Source: Paraspadella gotoi (lineage: Eukaryota > Animalia > Chaetognatha). Taken from it: a DNA stretch of 64,000 nt. Made by a program: the position numbers and the translations under genes. The notes beneath the pieces were generated by a model. It was not told the DNA's origin. It saw only the letters and a list, made by a program, of their open reading frames with translations, and searched no databases. This document shows, piece by piece, positions 30,256-44,541 of this stretch. Location: the NCBI GenBank assembly GCA_051294375.1, contig CM119271.1, positions 5,073,520 through 5,137,519 of the forward strand, read 5' to 3'. The stretch's first letter is position 1. Every line of letters starts with the position of its first letter.

Positions 30256-30713
30256 TTAATCATCTCTGTCTTTTCTTTTACTAATGAAATTTAGTCGCTG
30301 GTGTTCTTACTGCCTATGGTTATTTTTCAAATGAAATTGTTACAAAAAAATATAGAAATTATCCTTTCATTTAATAAATAGGCTAACTTTTCATTGATTT
30401 TGGACAGGCCATGGTGGTTTAAGGCCTCCATAACTCTTACAAGATAATGTTAAATGAAGATGAGTCAATAATGATAAAACTACTTGTCATAAACTTCGGT
30501 TGTTTTCTAATAAATTTTTCGTTGCGAACAATTCTTTTCTAACCCGATCTGTGGTTCTTATAAACAAACTACTAAAACCATGCTCAATGAGAGAATTTAA
30601 TTATTTAATTGCACAATCGATGATTAAAAAATTACAATAATTTGAGACAGCAATTGTCCACGTTTTTTCTTTGGCTCCACTCGACGATCCTCTCCAGCCA
30701 AAATCGAAAATCC

Positions 30714-30954
30714 TCAGAATCTCTTGACGTCTTCGTCGAGAGTCTTGAAGGGATCCTGCAACCCAGCGCCGCTAAAGTCGTTGATGAGCCTGGTCGTGGT
30801 AGATAGTTTGTGTCTATGATTGGCTGATTAGTTATTAATCATTAATAATGATTAATAATTTGATTAATGATAACAAAAATAATAATGATTAATAATTCTC
30901 TCTCTATCTCTCTCTCTCTCTCTATTTAGCCATATCATGACATTATTTGGCAAA

Positions 30955-31026
<72 letters not shown>

Positions 31027-34000
31027 ATGTTTGGCCGAAGAATAGCACAAATGATCAATTTATTTTATTTATTTATTATACAATAAATTTAGGAATGCCT
31101 CTGAGATTCGCCAATTTTTCATTCTATTCACTTTGATTTGCTGTATAATCTATATCTTACGTATATTTTGTGAAATTTAATTTAATTTAATTTAATTTAA
31201 TTTAATTTAGTTTAATTTAATTTAATTTAATTTAATTTAACCTGAAGAGCGCGTGATAGGCCGTGTAGAAGGCGCCGTCGATCCACTGCGGTTTGAAAGA
31301 GAAGCCGTCGCCAGCGAAATAAATTCCTGAAAAAGAAGAAGAGTGTAGGAGCAATTTCGAGCTGGAGTTGAGACTCAAAGTGTCAATAGAATTGAGGAGC
31401 AAAAATGTTGATGAGGTTGAGTTAAATGCCGTTTGGGCTGTGGAGCAAAATAATTAAGAGGAGCAAAATATTGATGGTGTTTAGGAGCAAATGGTTAATG
31501 GAGTTGAGAGGTAAAATGTTGAGAGAGTTGTGGAGCAAAGTGGAGTAGAAAAGACCAACAAGAGAGAAGTCTGATTGGAGCCAAATTTCCCAGCCCTTTG
31601 GAAGCTGTGGAGCAAAATCTTGCACCAAAGTCTAAATGGTGCAAAGTCTGATTAAAACAGAGAATCAAAGCGTTTTTGAAGCAAAGCTGCGAAGCTTTGT
31701 TAGAGAAGAAGAGCTTTGTCTTTTTGATGCAGGAGAACAAAGTCTTTTTTGAGCAAAAAAACAAAAAAACAACCTGGTTAAAACTTACCCTAACAAACTC
31801 ACCCACCTCTTTCTCTCTCTTACCCTTGGGCGAAGCGTCGCAGTATTTTCTGACTTTGGTCAACTGATGGAATCCCGACGGCGGCATCGACAGCTGCACC
31901 CAAGGCTGCACGAAGTAGTTGCCAGTGAATTTGGAGCGAACGTCGATGCGCGGGTGGAATCGTTGGAGCTCCTCGATCGCCATCTCTAACACTTCCTGGA
32001 GAGAAGCGGAAATAGGGGGGGGGATGAGAGGTCAACAGCAACAACAACGACGACAACAACGACAACAACGACGACGACTTCGCTGACAAAAAAGACGAAG
32101 ACAAATAAAATAAAATAAAATAACGACTTGTGGCGGTATATTCGCACTGCCTCACGTCCACCATCGTTCAGCCATTGGCTCAGAGGGTTAAGTTCCATCC
32201 ACAGTCCTAACTACTTCCTTCTGCGTTGGCAAAGCGAGACCGTCCGAGGGTAACCGCGCCAGTGACTGGAGGCGTCACTGAAGGTCGGAAGCTCCCAAAG
32301 CCAACGGTGAGCACCACCCAATGGGCATCACCCGGCAACCCGGCTGTTGCCATAGACTGTCACCAGCCCCCCCCCGCATCCCCCGAGGAACCTTGACTCC
32401 CGTGTTCTCGTCGAACTCCCCGCCCTCATCCCACTTGGCCGTCGCGTTGCGCATGTAACCCTGGGCCGATAGTTTGTGGGCGAAGGCCTCGGAGTTTTCG
32501 TGGAAGACGTACATCATGACGACGTTGCCCTTCTCGAGGGTCGAGCGCGGGTAGCGCATCTTGGCCACCACGTTGGTGGAAGTGAGGAAGCCTTGGAGCG
32601 AGAAAAGGGGGGGAGGAGAGGGATCGATCGATTGATAGATAGATTGATTTGTTGAATTTGATTGGTTATTTGCTTTATCCCTGGTATCGATTGAATTAAT
32701 CCAGATCTATCGGTTGATTGATTGATTGAATGATTAATTGACTTATTATTTTTCTCATTCATTTTTTTTTATTTATCGAATATTCGGTTGATAAAACGAA
32801 ATTGGCCGGAGATGAATTTGACAGATTAATTGATTGATTGAATCGTGTAAGAATATTTTATTGATTGATTAAATGAATAATGATTTGATTAATTGTTCAC
32901 GCGATCATCTACCGTGCTTATCGCCAACCACGGATCGATCGATTGATTGATTGATTGACTGATTGATTTATCAATCGTCTACCGTGCTTATCGTCGACCA
33001 CGAATTGCCCCTGATTGTTCCACTTATGCTTCCAGAAAGGCTCAGCGAATTGAAGCTGCATCTTGAAGAGGCTGTCCGTCTCGAAGAGCGCCTCCTTGGG
33101 AGCCACGTTTTCCCCGTCGACGAAGATCTCGACGTTGCGGACGAAAGGAGCGGGGATGGTGGAGACGACGGCGTCGAAGGTCCCGACGCGGGAGAGGCCG
33201 GGACCTTTGACGGCCGGTTTGAGGAGGGAGACTGCGAGGGGGAGGAAGGGGGCAGGAAGGGGTGTGGAATGGGGGGGGGGGAGGGGAAGAGGATGAAGAT
33301 TCCTCGCTTCAATTTTTTGGTGTAATTTATTATGGATTTTATGGGCGATTGTATTTTATTTCTTATGATAAAATAATCAGGATCTCCTCACTAAATGTGG
33401 TTGACGTCGTAGTCGTCGTTCACGGTGGCTCATTTACTCATGACCACTAGCTACCGGGTTCAATCCCAAACCAGGACCTACCCTGCGGGAAGCCTGAGAT
33501 TGGCCGTAAGACTCCTTGGGGGCCTGGAAAACCCTCAAGCCTGGTTCCAAGCCCAGGACCCGTTCCATTGCTCAAGTGGTCTTGAACTAATGGTATTACT
33601 CAATGAGCCAATGGGTCACGGCTGAAGGTGTCGTGCTTATAGTCGAGCTGAACTTATGTAATTCCTGATTACATCCCTGACCCTTCCTCGACCAATCACA
33701 TCCGCCCATCTCTCACCCATCCCGTCCCCTTTCTTCTCCATTCGCTCGATCCTCGTCTTCCACAAAAACTTCACGTTCAGGTTGTAATTCTTCGGCATCT
33801 TCACCAACTCGTCGTAAAAGGCCGTGGCGCCTGCTGCTGCGGGGTCGGGCTTCCGCAGCAGGGAATGCATCCCGTTGCGCAGGGAGAACATGCCTTCCTT
33901 CTGCCACCATTTCCCGATCGTCGTCTCTATGATGTCTTCGCGAATCCTGAAGGACAAAGTCGAGACAATGAATTTTAATTTGGTTTAATTTATAATTTTT

Positions 34001-36055
34001 TTAGCAAAATGTTAACATTGCGTCAAATGTTGTTAGTAATTACTCTTCGGATCCGCGGAACCAGCCATTTTTCTTGTCAATTTTTTTCAAGTAGCATTTG
34101 GGTTGTGGGGATTTTTAAAGCATAATGAGACTTTTATCACATGAAAATGTTACAGAACAGCACGACTTATAAATAAAAGCGCCAATATAAACATGTTAAG
34201 AAAAGAAATATACTTTTCCATGAAAAATAGTGAATAAGGTGCATTTGAAACATTCAATTAATTTTAAAATCGATCAAAATACTAGTTTTTAACACAATTA
34301 CGTCTAAATAATTTTAGAAAAAAGAATTACAAGTAAAAAAAAAAAAAATAACCCCAAAAATTTAATGCATCAATATTTAATTAAATCAGAGTCAAATAGT
34401 CAAACCTTACTTCTAAATCATCTTTCTCAAACATCTTTCCCCTAATTGTACTCGCCTGTATTGAGTAAGCGTCATATAGGCGACTTCATAGATGTCGACA
34501 ACAGACTCGGGCCAACCTCTGGAGACTAGATGCTCTCGATAGGTGGCCGACCAGTCGTGTTGGAACTTCTTCCATGCGGCCAGCTTCTCTTTCAGTTTAC
34601 TGCGAGGGTTAGGATAATAGGGGAACGTCTTAGTTGTAAAAATTACATTATCCAGAGCTCTGGTGATTCGAATTAACCGCAGCCATTATTATGATGACCT
34701 CAGTCACAAAGAATCCTTTCACCGGACTACAGTGAAGCCTCAGTCGTCGTCGTCGTCGTCGTCGTTGCCTTTGTCGTCGTTTGTCGTCGGCTGCCTTTTC
34801 TCTTTTATATTGTGAAAAAACGATCATTCGAATCTCAAGCCAAGAACTAAAATTACGATTTTTTTCTCTTTTCAATCAACTACATTTTTAACCTCGTTGA
34901 ATTTTCTTCAAGTATATTATTTTTTTGAATATTTGTAATACGATGTAGAAACTTCGAATCTCGTTTGTCTTTGTTACCGACTTTTCAAGTAGTTAAAATA
35001 AATTTCAAAACCAAACTAGTGACAAAAAAACAAACAAACAAGAACGACCTGTGATCCGTCTCAGCGATGACGTGGTTCTTCTCCACCCAAGCCTCCACCT
35101 CCCTGTCCACCGCCGTCTGGAAGGCGTCGGCGAGGGATCCGTTGTGGTTCTGGCGAAGGAAGTCGGCGAAGGAAGCGTCGACGGCCTCGACCTTCTCCAG
35201 CACGTACTGATCGATGTTACGACCTCGAGTGTCTCTGGAGGAAGGAGTTGAGCAGGGAATTTTCATCGCTTGACCAATAAAATGGCTAAAGAGATATAAA
35301 CCTTATTTTATTTGGCGCTGCAATGAGGATTTATTCAATACTACAATACTACTCGTTGAGAAGTATATTAATTAAATAATGAAGAGACTAAGGAATAAAA
35401 TGTTTAAAAAACAATAAGGAATAGTTAAATAATTAAAAGAAAATTTCCTCGGAACCTAAAGTCGTCGTCCTTGCCCCTCACGAAGACCGTGCCAAAGAGG
35501 TCGTGTGCCGCCTGCCCCATGTTGTGGCGGAAGATGGGAACCTTGAATTCCTGGACGAGGCCAAGAGCAGAGAAGGAAAATATTGAACTTAGTTTGTTCG
35601 GTAAATTTAATTAAATTAAATTAAATTTCAATTTAATCGATGAACAAAACTTTTAAGACATAAGTTATTTAGTTATTGTTGTTTAGTTATAGTTACTTAG
35701 TTATAGTTATTTAGTTATTCAGTTATTTAGTTTAGTTATTTATTTATTTATTTTTTTAGAAAATGAAATGTAGTTCCCCCTTGCCTTGATGTAGTGGCGG
35801 ACAAGGAAGTGAGGGAATGCGTCGTCAGGGACAAAGTCGAAGTCTCCTGATCCGTGGACGAGCGATTGGAGCTCGTCGTCGCTCATGGGCCGACGACGAC
35901 AGTTGATGTTGCGAGTGGAACAGATGCTGGAGGAGTTCCTGGAGGAAGAAATTGAAAAATGAAGATCGGATTTGATTTCTAAGAAATGGGGAATCGAGAG
36001 CGAGGGGAGGAATGAGAATTTTGAAAACTAATATTCTCCTGTTTAAATATATCAC

Positions 36056-36146
<91 letters not shown>

Positions 36147-36214
36147 GGGAACGAAAAAAATAAAAAAAAAGGTCCGAGGCGACAAACAAACAATGAAACG
36201 TCGCCATAATTTCT

Positions 36215-36288
<74 letters not shown>

Positions 36289-36472
36289 CTCCTCAAAACA
36301 CAAACGGAGGAGGAATTTTTTAATTACTTTGATTTAGCAAATTTTTTTTGTTGTCGCAAATTTAGCAATTTTTTTCGAATCAGATTTCCAATTTTTTAAT
36401 TTTATTTTTTTTTCTGACTTCGATTCCAAAAAACTGAAAAAGTGGAAAACGAACTCACATTTCATCCATGAA

Positions 36473-36512
<40 letters not shown>

Positions 36513-36707
36513 CTCTCCTCTCTGCTCTCGAAATAAATGCAAATGAATTTAATGAGCAAAATTTTTTTTTTGTTTCCGCCGGTCTCTCTCTCTCTTCGCT
36601 TTTTTCGACCATTTAATATTATTATTAGTTTTTTATTATCATTATCCGACCATTTTATTATTCAGATTTTTCCCTCCGCATGGCGCGACAGACAGAATTA
36701 AAGCGAG

Positions 36708-36777
<70 letters not shown>

Positions 36778-38811
36778 AGACAAACGACGCCATTTTTTCG
36801 CCTCAGACGACCGCAAGATATAATCCGTTTTTACACCCAGAGTCGTTTGGCCTTTGTTTTTTTTTCACTTGATTAAGATCCGCGTTGCGACTTCCGCGCG
36901 TGAAATACACGTCGGTCGCGCGCGTAAACTGCATCGCCCGGATGTAGAGCATCGTTTGGGGATACGGAAGGGTCAGATCTCTCTTTTTCGAATCCTAGAA
37001 TCCACATTTATTTTCAATTTTCCCCTCGTACTCCCGCTGTCGGTTTCTGTCGGCTCCATCATTGGCATCTGTCGGTTTTTTTTAGCTCGTTACGTCATTC
37101 GGGCACCCGCTTTTTTTTTCCCGACGTCACCCGAAGGGCACCTGTCGTTTGCGTCTCGTCTTCGTCGAATGAAAAGAAGAACAAAAATGTGGCGAGAAAT
37201 GGATGACAGATGTTTGTCGCTTCTTGCGTCTCTAGTGACGAAACATTGAAAATTCGATGTTTTTTTTGTTTTGTCGTGAATCATATTCTTTCTTATGAAT
37301 TCTTAACTATATTATTTATTAAGTAACATAACCGTTATATAATATATATGTACTTAAATAAATTAGGTTACGCTAGTAGGAGACTCTTGACGTTTGAGCC
37401 TTGAACCCATAATCCTCGACCTCAGGAACGTGGGCCTATGACCCTTAAACATTAGTCCTCGAGCTGGGACCTATGACCTCCGACCTTTGACCCAGGACCC
37501 AGTTCACCTGTTGTATTTGCAGTCGATTTCCGTCTGCGGCGGAAGCGGGAGACGCATGGCGCCGGCGTCCGAGACCGTCTCCTGGTCTTTCCAAATGTCC
37601 GGCAAAAAGTGACCTTTTTTGCCTGAAGGATTCGACGATCGGACAGATATAAATAGATATATCTATTTCAAATCATTTTCATTTTTATAAAAACGACTAA
37701 ATTTCGGCGGCGACGACGACGACGACGACGATATCGACGACAGAGACAACGACGACGACGACAACAACAACGACGACGACGACAACAACAACGACGACAC
37801 CGAACCCACCGACAGTCTTAATTCTTCCTCCCAATCGACTCTCCTTCTCGATGATCGTGATTTCGATGGAAGATTTCGTCGCGAGAGCGAATTTGCCCAA
37901 CTCGTACGCCGTCGCCAGACCTGGAAGGCGGGTGAGGAGAAGAATGGGTCAGTTTTAAACGGTGCGAAAGCGTTAGGAAGGTAAGCTTACGCTTAAAAAT
38001 GGGATAATACATTGAAATTGAATCGATTAAAATGACGAACCCCCGTTTCGGCATTATTTTTTACCATAATACCCCTCGTTTTATCTTAAATTTCGGAATT
38101 AGATTAATTCTTTTAACCTAAAGATTAGGTTAGAAGTTTGGGTTAGAGATTAGGTTAGGGATAAGGTTAGTGGTTAAGGTTAGGGATTTGGTTTTGGGTT
38201 TGGGATTTGGGTTAGGGATTAACATTTAGGGTTAAAGGTTAAGGTTATAAATTAAGGATATCGGTTTAGGGTTTGGGTTCAGGGATTAGATTAATGTTAG
38301 GGATGATGGTTGGGTATTGGTTTATAAGTTTAAAAACATGTTTAGATTAAATATTGATACAACAACGAAAAAAAACCCATCGTTGTTGAAATTTTTTTTT
38401 TTAATCTGAGGTTAAACATAAAGTTAAACTTAAATTCGGGCCTAAACGAGCAGAAAAGTGTGCCAGAAAAGAGTGCCAGAAAAGAGTGCCAATAAACACC
38501 CCAAAATTATTCAGCGACACTTGGCCTCGCCCCTAACAAAAATGCTTTCTGATTTCAATGTGTCTAAAAATGGAAACAAATTTAAATTTATTTTTTTGGC
38601 CTACCTTAACAACCCACATCCCCTTAAGCCCGCCTCACCCTCGACTCACCCGACGCGCCCGCCCCTATGATGGCGACCTTCAGCCTCGAACTTAGTTTTC
38701 CCTTCGTCTTTTTCCCGCCAAATCTTTTCGCGAATCCGTTTCCCGCCAAATCGAGAAGATCTTTTCGCCAGAGATTTTGAAATTGGATGGAAGGGAAAAG
38801 CTCCTCGCATT
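30714..38811 (-). CDS. FAD-dependent L-amino-acid oxidase / flavin amine oxidase family protein, paralogue B (5' exon not located)
   Basis: Exons (-): 38650-38811, 37810-37920, 37508-37622, 35785-35938, 35456-35550, 35049-35234, 34456-34599, 33717-33946, 32983-33231, 32392-32591, 31824-31995, 31242-31326, 30714-30789 (TGA). Intron positions and phases are the same as in paralogue A. Motifs: VAIIGAGASGLATAYEL, EKESRLGGRIKT, DAGAMRLP, IYFAGDGFSFKPQWIDGAF. Confidence 0.9.
32129..32355. repeat. ~230-bp structured interspersed repeat, copy 2 (intronic in oxidase B)
   Basis: Homologous to 27971-28226. Confidence 0.8.
38120..38330 (+). repeat. Degenerate TTAGGG-like tract inside an intron
   Basis: Repeated gttagg/gggttag/ggttaagg units. 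A similar shorter tract lies at ~44030-44080 inside an inverted-repeat element. Confidence 0.6.
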
Positions 38812-39614
38812 CTGGGAAAGGGAAATAGACCGAAGGGGGGGGGGAAGAAATTTGATTATTTAATTCGTAAATGATAAACAAAAGATACGTGACCCTATCT
38901 TTTATGAGATTATTTTTTTTTTTATAGTGTAATTTGATAAACTTTTGTGGCCTAAATTCGCTGTCCAAGCCGATGGGAGCTGAGTATCACCAAGCCACAC
39001 TTTTCTGATTGATTGGTACACTGATTGAATAATTTATTAAGTTATTGATTGATTGATGGATCTTGTGATTTATTGATTGATTGACCTTTTAATCTAATTG
39101 ATCCTTTGATTATTTGTTACATTGATAATTTGAATAAATTGATCGATTCTTTCATACGTTCATTGAATAATATATGGATTGATTAAAATATTTTTTTTTT
39201 AAAGTTAATGCTTTTTTTTAAGTTTCCAATGTGAAAGACGATGCCACTAGCAGTTCACCATCCGTTTCACACTAGGACCCGGACTTTATAGATCAGTAGG
39301 GCGCGAACCCGAGTCTCTTGGGTTGAGAGGAATTCGTGCTAATCCCGACGAGTAGCGGGGTATAAAATACTACCGCTACACACTCCATATACATATATAT
39401 ATATATAAAACATAGATAAGGGAATTCGTCAGCATAGAATAGAAAAAGAGGGTGGTAACGGCGGAGACGACGACGACGACGACTACGACGACGACGAAAT
39501 GACGCGATAAGAATTAGAAGAAACTCTTAAAAGTCCAAAGAAACTAAAGAAAAATCTTAGCCACAAAAGAGGAAAAGATAAACAAAAACTTAACGACCGA
39601 GCAAAGAATCAGGA

Positions 39615-40185
39615 AAAACGACGACGACAACGACGAAGTTGACGACGACGACAACTCTGAAGATAATGGTGACAACGACAACGACGAAGATAATGGGGAC
39701 GACGACAACGACCATGACGAAGCTGACGACGACGACAATGGTACAGAAAATGGTGACGACGACAATGACGAAGACAAAGATGACGACGACAACTCTGATG
39801 ATAATGGTGACAACGATGAAGACAAAGATAATGGTGACGACGACAACGACGAATATGATGATGACAATAGTGAAGATAATTGTGATGACGACAATGACGA
39901 AGACAAAGATGACGACAACAAAGGTGAAGATAATGGTGACGACGACAATGACAAAGACAAAGATGACGGCGACAACTCTGAAGATAATTGTGATGACGAC
40001 AAAGAAAAAGATAATGGGGATGACGAAAACGAAAACAACGAAGCTGATGACGACAATGACGAAGATAATGGTGATGACTACTATGAGAATGATGAAGATT
40101 ATGACGACGATAACTGTGAAGATATGGGTGGCAATGACAAAGACAAAGATAATGGTGATGATGACAACGACAATGACTGTGAGAT
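39615..40185 (+). repeat. Degenerate trinucleotide (GAC/GAT/AAC) low-complexity tract; one frame reads as Asp/Asn-rich
   Basis: About 570 nt without an indel. The + frame reads NDDDNDEVDDDDNSEDNGD... and has no upstream ATG in frame. Confidence 0.7.
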
Positions 40186-40700
40186 AAACATTAACATAAA
40201 CATAAACATTCGAACATTGCCCGTTCCTTTAACATGGGCCCGAATAGAAAAGACGTTTCTTATTTTATTGTGAAACTTTATTAGTCAAAATCCTACCGGA
40301 TACCATAAAAAATGAGTTTTTGAAGCGGCTACAACATTTAATTGAGCTCTGAAGAGAAACTAAAAAACGAATCGCGAGCTCTCACGCAAAGTAAAAATAT
40401 TTACAAAGGTCACTTTGAATTGTGGTCGTTTTATATTAACCTGAACGAGTGTTGAGAGAGAAAAAGATGNNNNNNNNNNNNNNNNNNNNNGACGAAGATG
40501 ACGACGACGACGACGACCCCTCTTTCTTACCCTGACTTTCTTCATCTCACCTTTTTTTCCGTCCGGTTTTCGGCGTTCGGCTTCTGCTTGCTAGTACGAG
40601 TCTCCTTTGCCGCAGTAGCCAATGCTGCAGCAGGGATTAGTCGGGAGTCCGTCGCGCATTCCGCATCGTTGCCGCATTTGCCGTGTAGGCGGAGACACAT

Positions 40701-40731
<31 letters not shown>

Positions 40732-40874
40732 AGATGACTCGACACATCTCGTGTGATGAGAAACTTATTTCTAAGAAAGGATTTTTTTATAATTTTAGTA
40801 TATATAAACTAATAATAAACAAAATTTAAATAAATTTATTCTTTTTTATGTCATCTCATTTTTATCATTTTGGT

Positions 40875-40945
<71 letters not shown>

Positions 40946-41359
40946 ATCTTTCTTTATTTCTTTCTTTCTTTTTATGTTTTACGCAAAAAACTTGTAAACT
41001 TTTATAGCAAAAAAAGTGAATAATTGCATTTTCGGTTGACTAAACTTTTTTATATCCAGAAAATTTTTTTTATCTGACCAAAAAAAAACGCATATTATGA
41101 GAAGACGACAGGAAAGCCACCGATATAAATTTAATACAACTTTTTTTCTGAAATTTTTTTATTTTTTCAATAATGAATTTGATTGTGTTCACCAAATTAC
41201 AATTTTAAGGCTCAGAACAAATCTGAAATGCTTTGTCCTCGAAGCAGATTAAGTTGCGCATCTTGAAACAACAACATTTTTGTTCCAATCTTGGGATTGT
41301 AGCAGGTGCGCAGTGAGCCTTTTGTTTGACTGATTTATCTTTCTTTCTTTCGGTATGTA

Positions 41360-41400
<41 letters not shown>

Positions 41401-41413
41401 GTCTGTCTGTCTG

Positions 41414-41465
<52 letters not shown>

Positions 41466-41508
41466 TACTTTTGTTAGACTTTTGTTTGATTGATTTCTCT
41501 TTCTTTCG

Positions 41509-41585
<77 letters not shown>

Positions 41586-41914
41586 TTTTTCTTTACTTTT
41601 GTTAGTCTTTTGTTAGATTTTGTTAGAGTGATTTTTCTTTCTTTCTTTCTTTCTTTCTTTCACTTTTTTATCATTACTCAACCTTCGGACTTCTAATTAA
41701 GAAAAAAAATTAAGTCCAGCTGTTCTAAAATTTTTCTGCTGAGAATTAGCTTTTTATTAAGAACTAAGCTCTATAATGTACTTGGAGTTTTGAAACCAAT
41801 TTGCTGCAACTTAAATTAACTTAAATTAACTTAAATTAATCTTGTAAGATTTATCTTTTTCAAGAAGAGTTTAATTTCCTTTGCGATCTACGATTCCTAA
41901 AAATAGACTGTGAC

Positions 41915-41983
<69 letters not shown>

Positions 41984-42190
41984 CTGAATCAACCAGGATC
42001 TCAGTTCGAGAACTTAAAACAGAATCGATAATAAGCTGTTGCTGTTCTTGATTCAGCAGTTAATCCAAAACTCGGATTATTTTGTTTTTAACGAAAAGGA
42101 CACCTAATCTCTATTTTTTTTTATAGTTTTTTTTTAATTTCGTTCGTTTGTTTTATTTTCGTAAATAACCGAACGACTGAACTCAAGAGA

Positions 42191-44504
42191 ATGAACTTGA
42201 CGCGAGAAGAATCTTCCTCTTCTCTCTCAACCTCTTACCTTTCATCGACGTCGTCGTCGTCTTCGTCGTCCACGTCGTTACCATGCCAACGCCACCGTTT
42301 CGGCGCCATACCGGTCGTCGACATCCCCGTGGATTTGGACGAAGGTCTCCGCTCTTTCTGGCGGAGACGAGGCTCGGGAAAAGTGATGAAGCGGATCGCC
42401 CGCAGGATCCAAGATGATCTCGAGGCCGTCGCCAGGTCGTCCGAGATGTTTAGGTGAGGTTCATGGGGCCGAGATTTTTGGTCCGAGATTCTGTCGTGAT
42501 CGATTTAAGATCAACTTGCGTCGAGGGTCGTCTGCTAAGATCGCATTTAATTATTTATTTAGCGATGAAAATCTAATTCAAGAGCCGTTTTAAGCTAATT
42601 GTACTGTTAATTTTTTCGAATTTACCTTTTTACTTCGTGGATCAGAAGTACATAATTGAAATGGCAATTAAATGCTGTTTACTGCCATTAAAATGATCAT
42701 TTCTAGAATTTACAGTACAAGGTCGTTCTAGAAGCTTAGATGATATTGTTAATAAAGGACTTTCACTCAATTTGATGTAGAAATTTATCATGAATTCATT
42801 TATTAATCAAAGAGAAAATCGAATTTTTTATCCGTTTAAATATCATTTTTTGAAAGTGTACAAAACATTTCTTAAAAAAATCCAAAAAATTACACTCCTG
42901 CAATGTGCAAATGAAATTTTTGTTATTAAGAATTAGATTACTAAACCTCAAAAAATAATGCTGGGAACAATCAATTAATCGATCAAATCTACTAATCAAA
43001 TACATATGATCAATCAAATCAATCAAATCCATCGAATCAATTAACCTAATCAAATCTAGCAAATTAACGTAATTAACTTAATTATTAATAATTATTAATA
43101 ATTAATCATTAACACAAATCAAATCGCAGCGACCACCAAATCAGCGCATGGCTTCGTCAAGAACCCCTTGCGGCCACCCTCGACTTCCTCTCCGCCCTGA
43201 AGGATCATCCTTCCGCCATCAAACTCCGGCGCCTCGACGACTTCCTCAAGCAGACGGACAACGAGGCCGCGCGGACGATCTACTTGGGGCGGACGCCGGT
43301 CAGGATCACGGCGCCCCCGCCCAAGAGCGTCGTCGTCGTCGAGGGAACGTTAGAGGTCGGTCGTCGTCATCGGTCGGTCGGTCGGTCCGTCGTCGGTCGG
43401 TCGGGTCGGTCGGTCGTGTCGGTCGTCGGTCGTGTCTCGCGAGTCGGGGTTCGGTCGGTCGGTCGGTCGGTTCGGTCGTCGGTCGGTGTCGGTCGGTCGT
43501 CGGTGTCCGCGTGGCGGTCGTCGGTCCGTCGTCGGGGTCGGTGTCGGTCTGGGGTCGGTCCCGGTCGTCGGTCGGTCGGTCGGTCGGTTCGCGTCGGTCG
43601 GTCGGTCGGTCGGTCGGTCGGTCGGTCGTCGGCAAAAGATCATATTTCACAAACATTGACATAATTATGATAAATAAGAAAAGCGGTCTTGCCTCATGAG
43701 ATGTAATTATAATTGTAATTGTAATTGTAATAGGTTGAGGACTGATTGAAATGGCTCTCATAGACGTCTGAAATATTTGCAACTACGAAATCGACTACGA
43801 CTACAACCTATTATTGTTATTTTTGTTATTATTATTATTGTTATTTCTTATCCCAGGTGACGGTAGAAGCGATCGGGTTCCCTCGACCGCGCGCCATCTG
43901 GTTTCACGGGACCCGCCGTCTAGAAGACTCAACGAGGTGTGAAAGTTTGGAAGGCGATACATGGGCCTTATTTCCCGAAAGCGCTGCATTTCAGCTCGAA
44001 TTCAGAATTAAGTTAGAGATTTGTGTTGGGGTTAAAGCAAAGAGATTAAGGTTAGGGATTAGGGTTAAAAATTTGGTTAAAGATTTAAATTTCGCAGAAC
44101 ACAATTGAAGAGATACAACAAAGAATTATTCTTCATAGATGTTGTATCTCTTTCAAACATTTGTCTCTACCAATTTCATATTAACACAACGCAAGAAAGG
44201 ATATAATTCATAAAGATTAAATTCATAGATAGGCGCTTTCGGAAAATAGCGCCAAGGTATATCGATATTTCAAAAAAACGATATTCGTCTCAGTTATTAA
44301 GTTAAATCGAAGGATTACTCGGTTAGCTTGGTTCACTTGTAATTTTTATAAACGTTTTTCATTTGTAGTTAACCTATTTTTAAACATAATATTATCCCAA
44401 AATCATTACAATCAACCTAAAACATCTAAAAATATGCTAAAACGAGGACTTCGGGGCTATAAGTACAGAGAACGAGAGAGATTTGTTATCATAACTGATC
44501 GAAG

Positions 44505-44541
<37 letters not shown>

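Noticed and set aside
38120-38330. True telomere or chromosome-fusion site
   Set aside because: Highly degenerate, short, intronic and single-orientation. More consistent with a repeat-element interior.
43148-43782. Arg/Ser/Val-rich and Thr/Asp/Arg/Pro-rich ORFs
   Set aside because: Translations of the intronic (GTCG)n repeat. Only 43130-43355 is a real exon.
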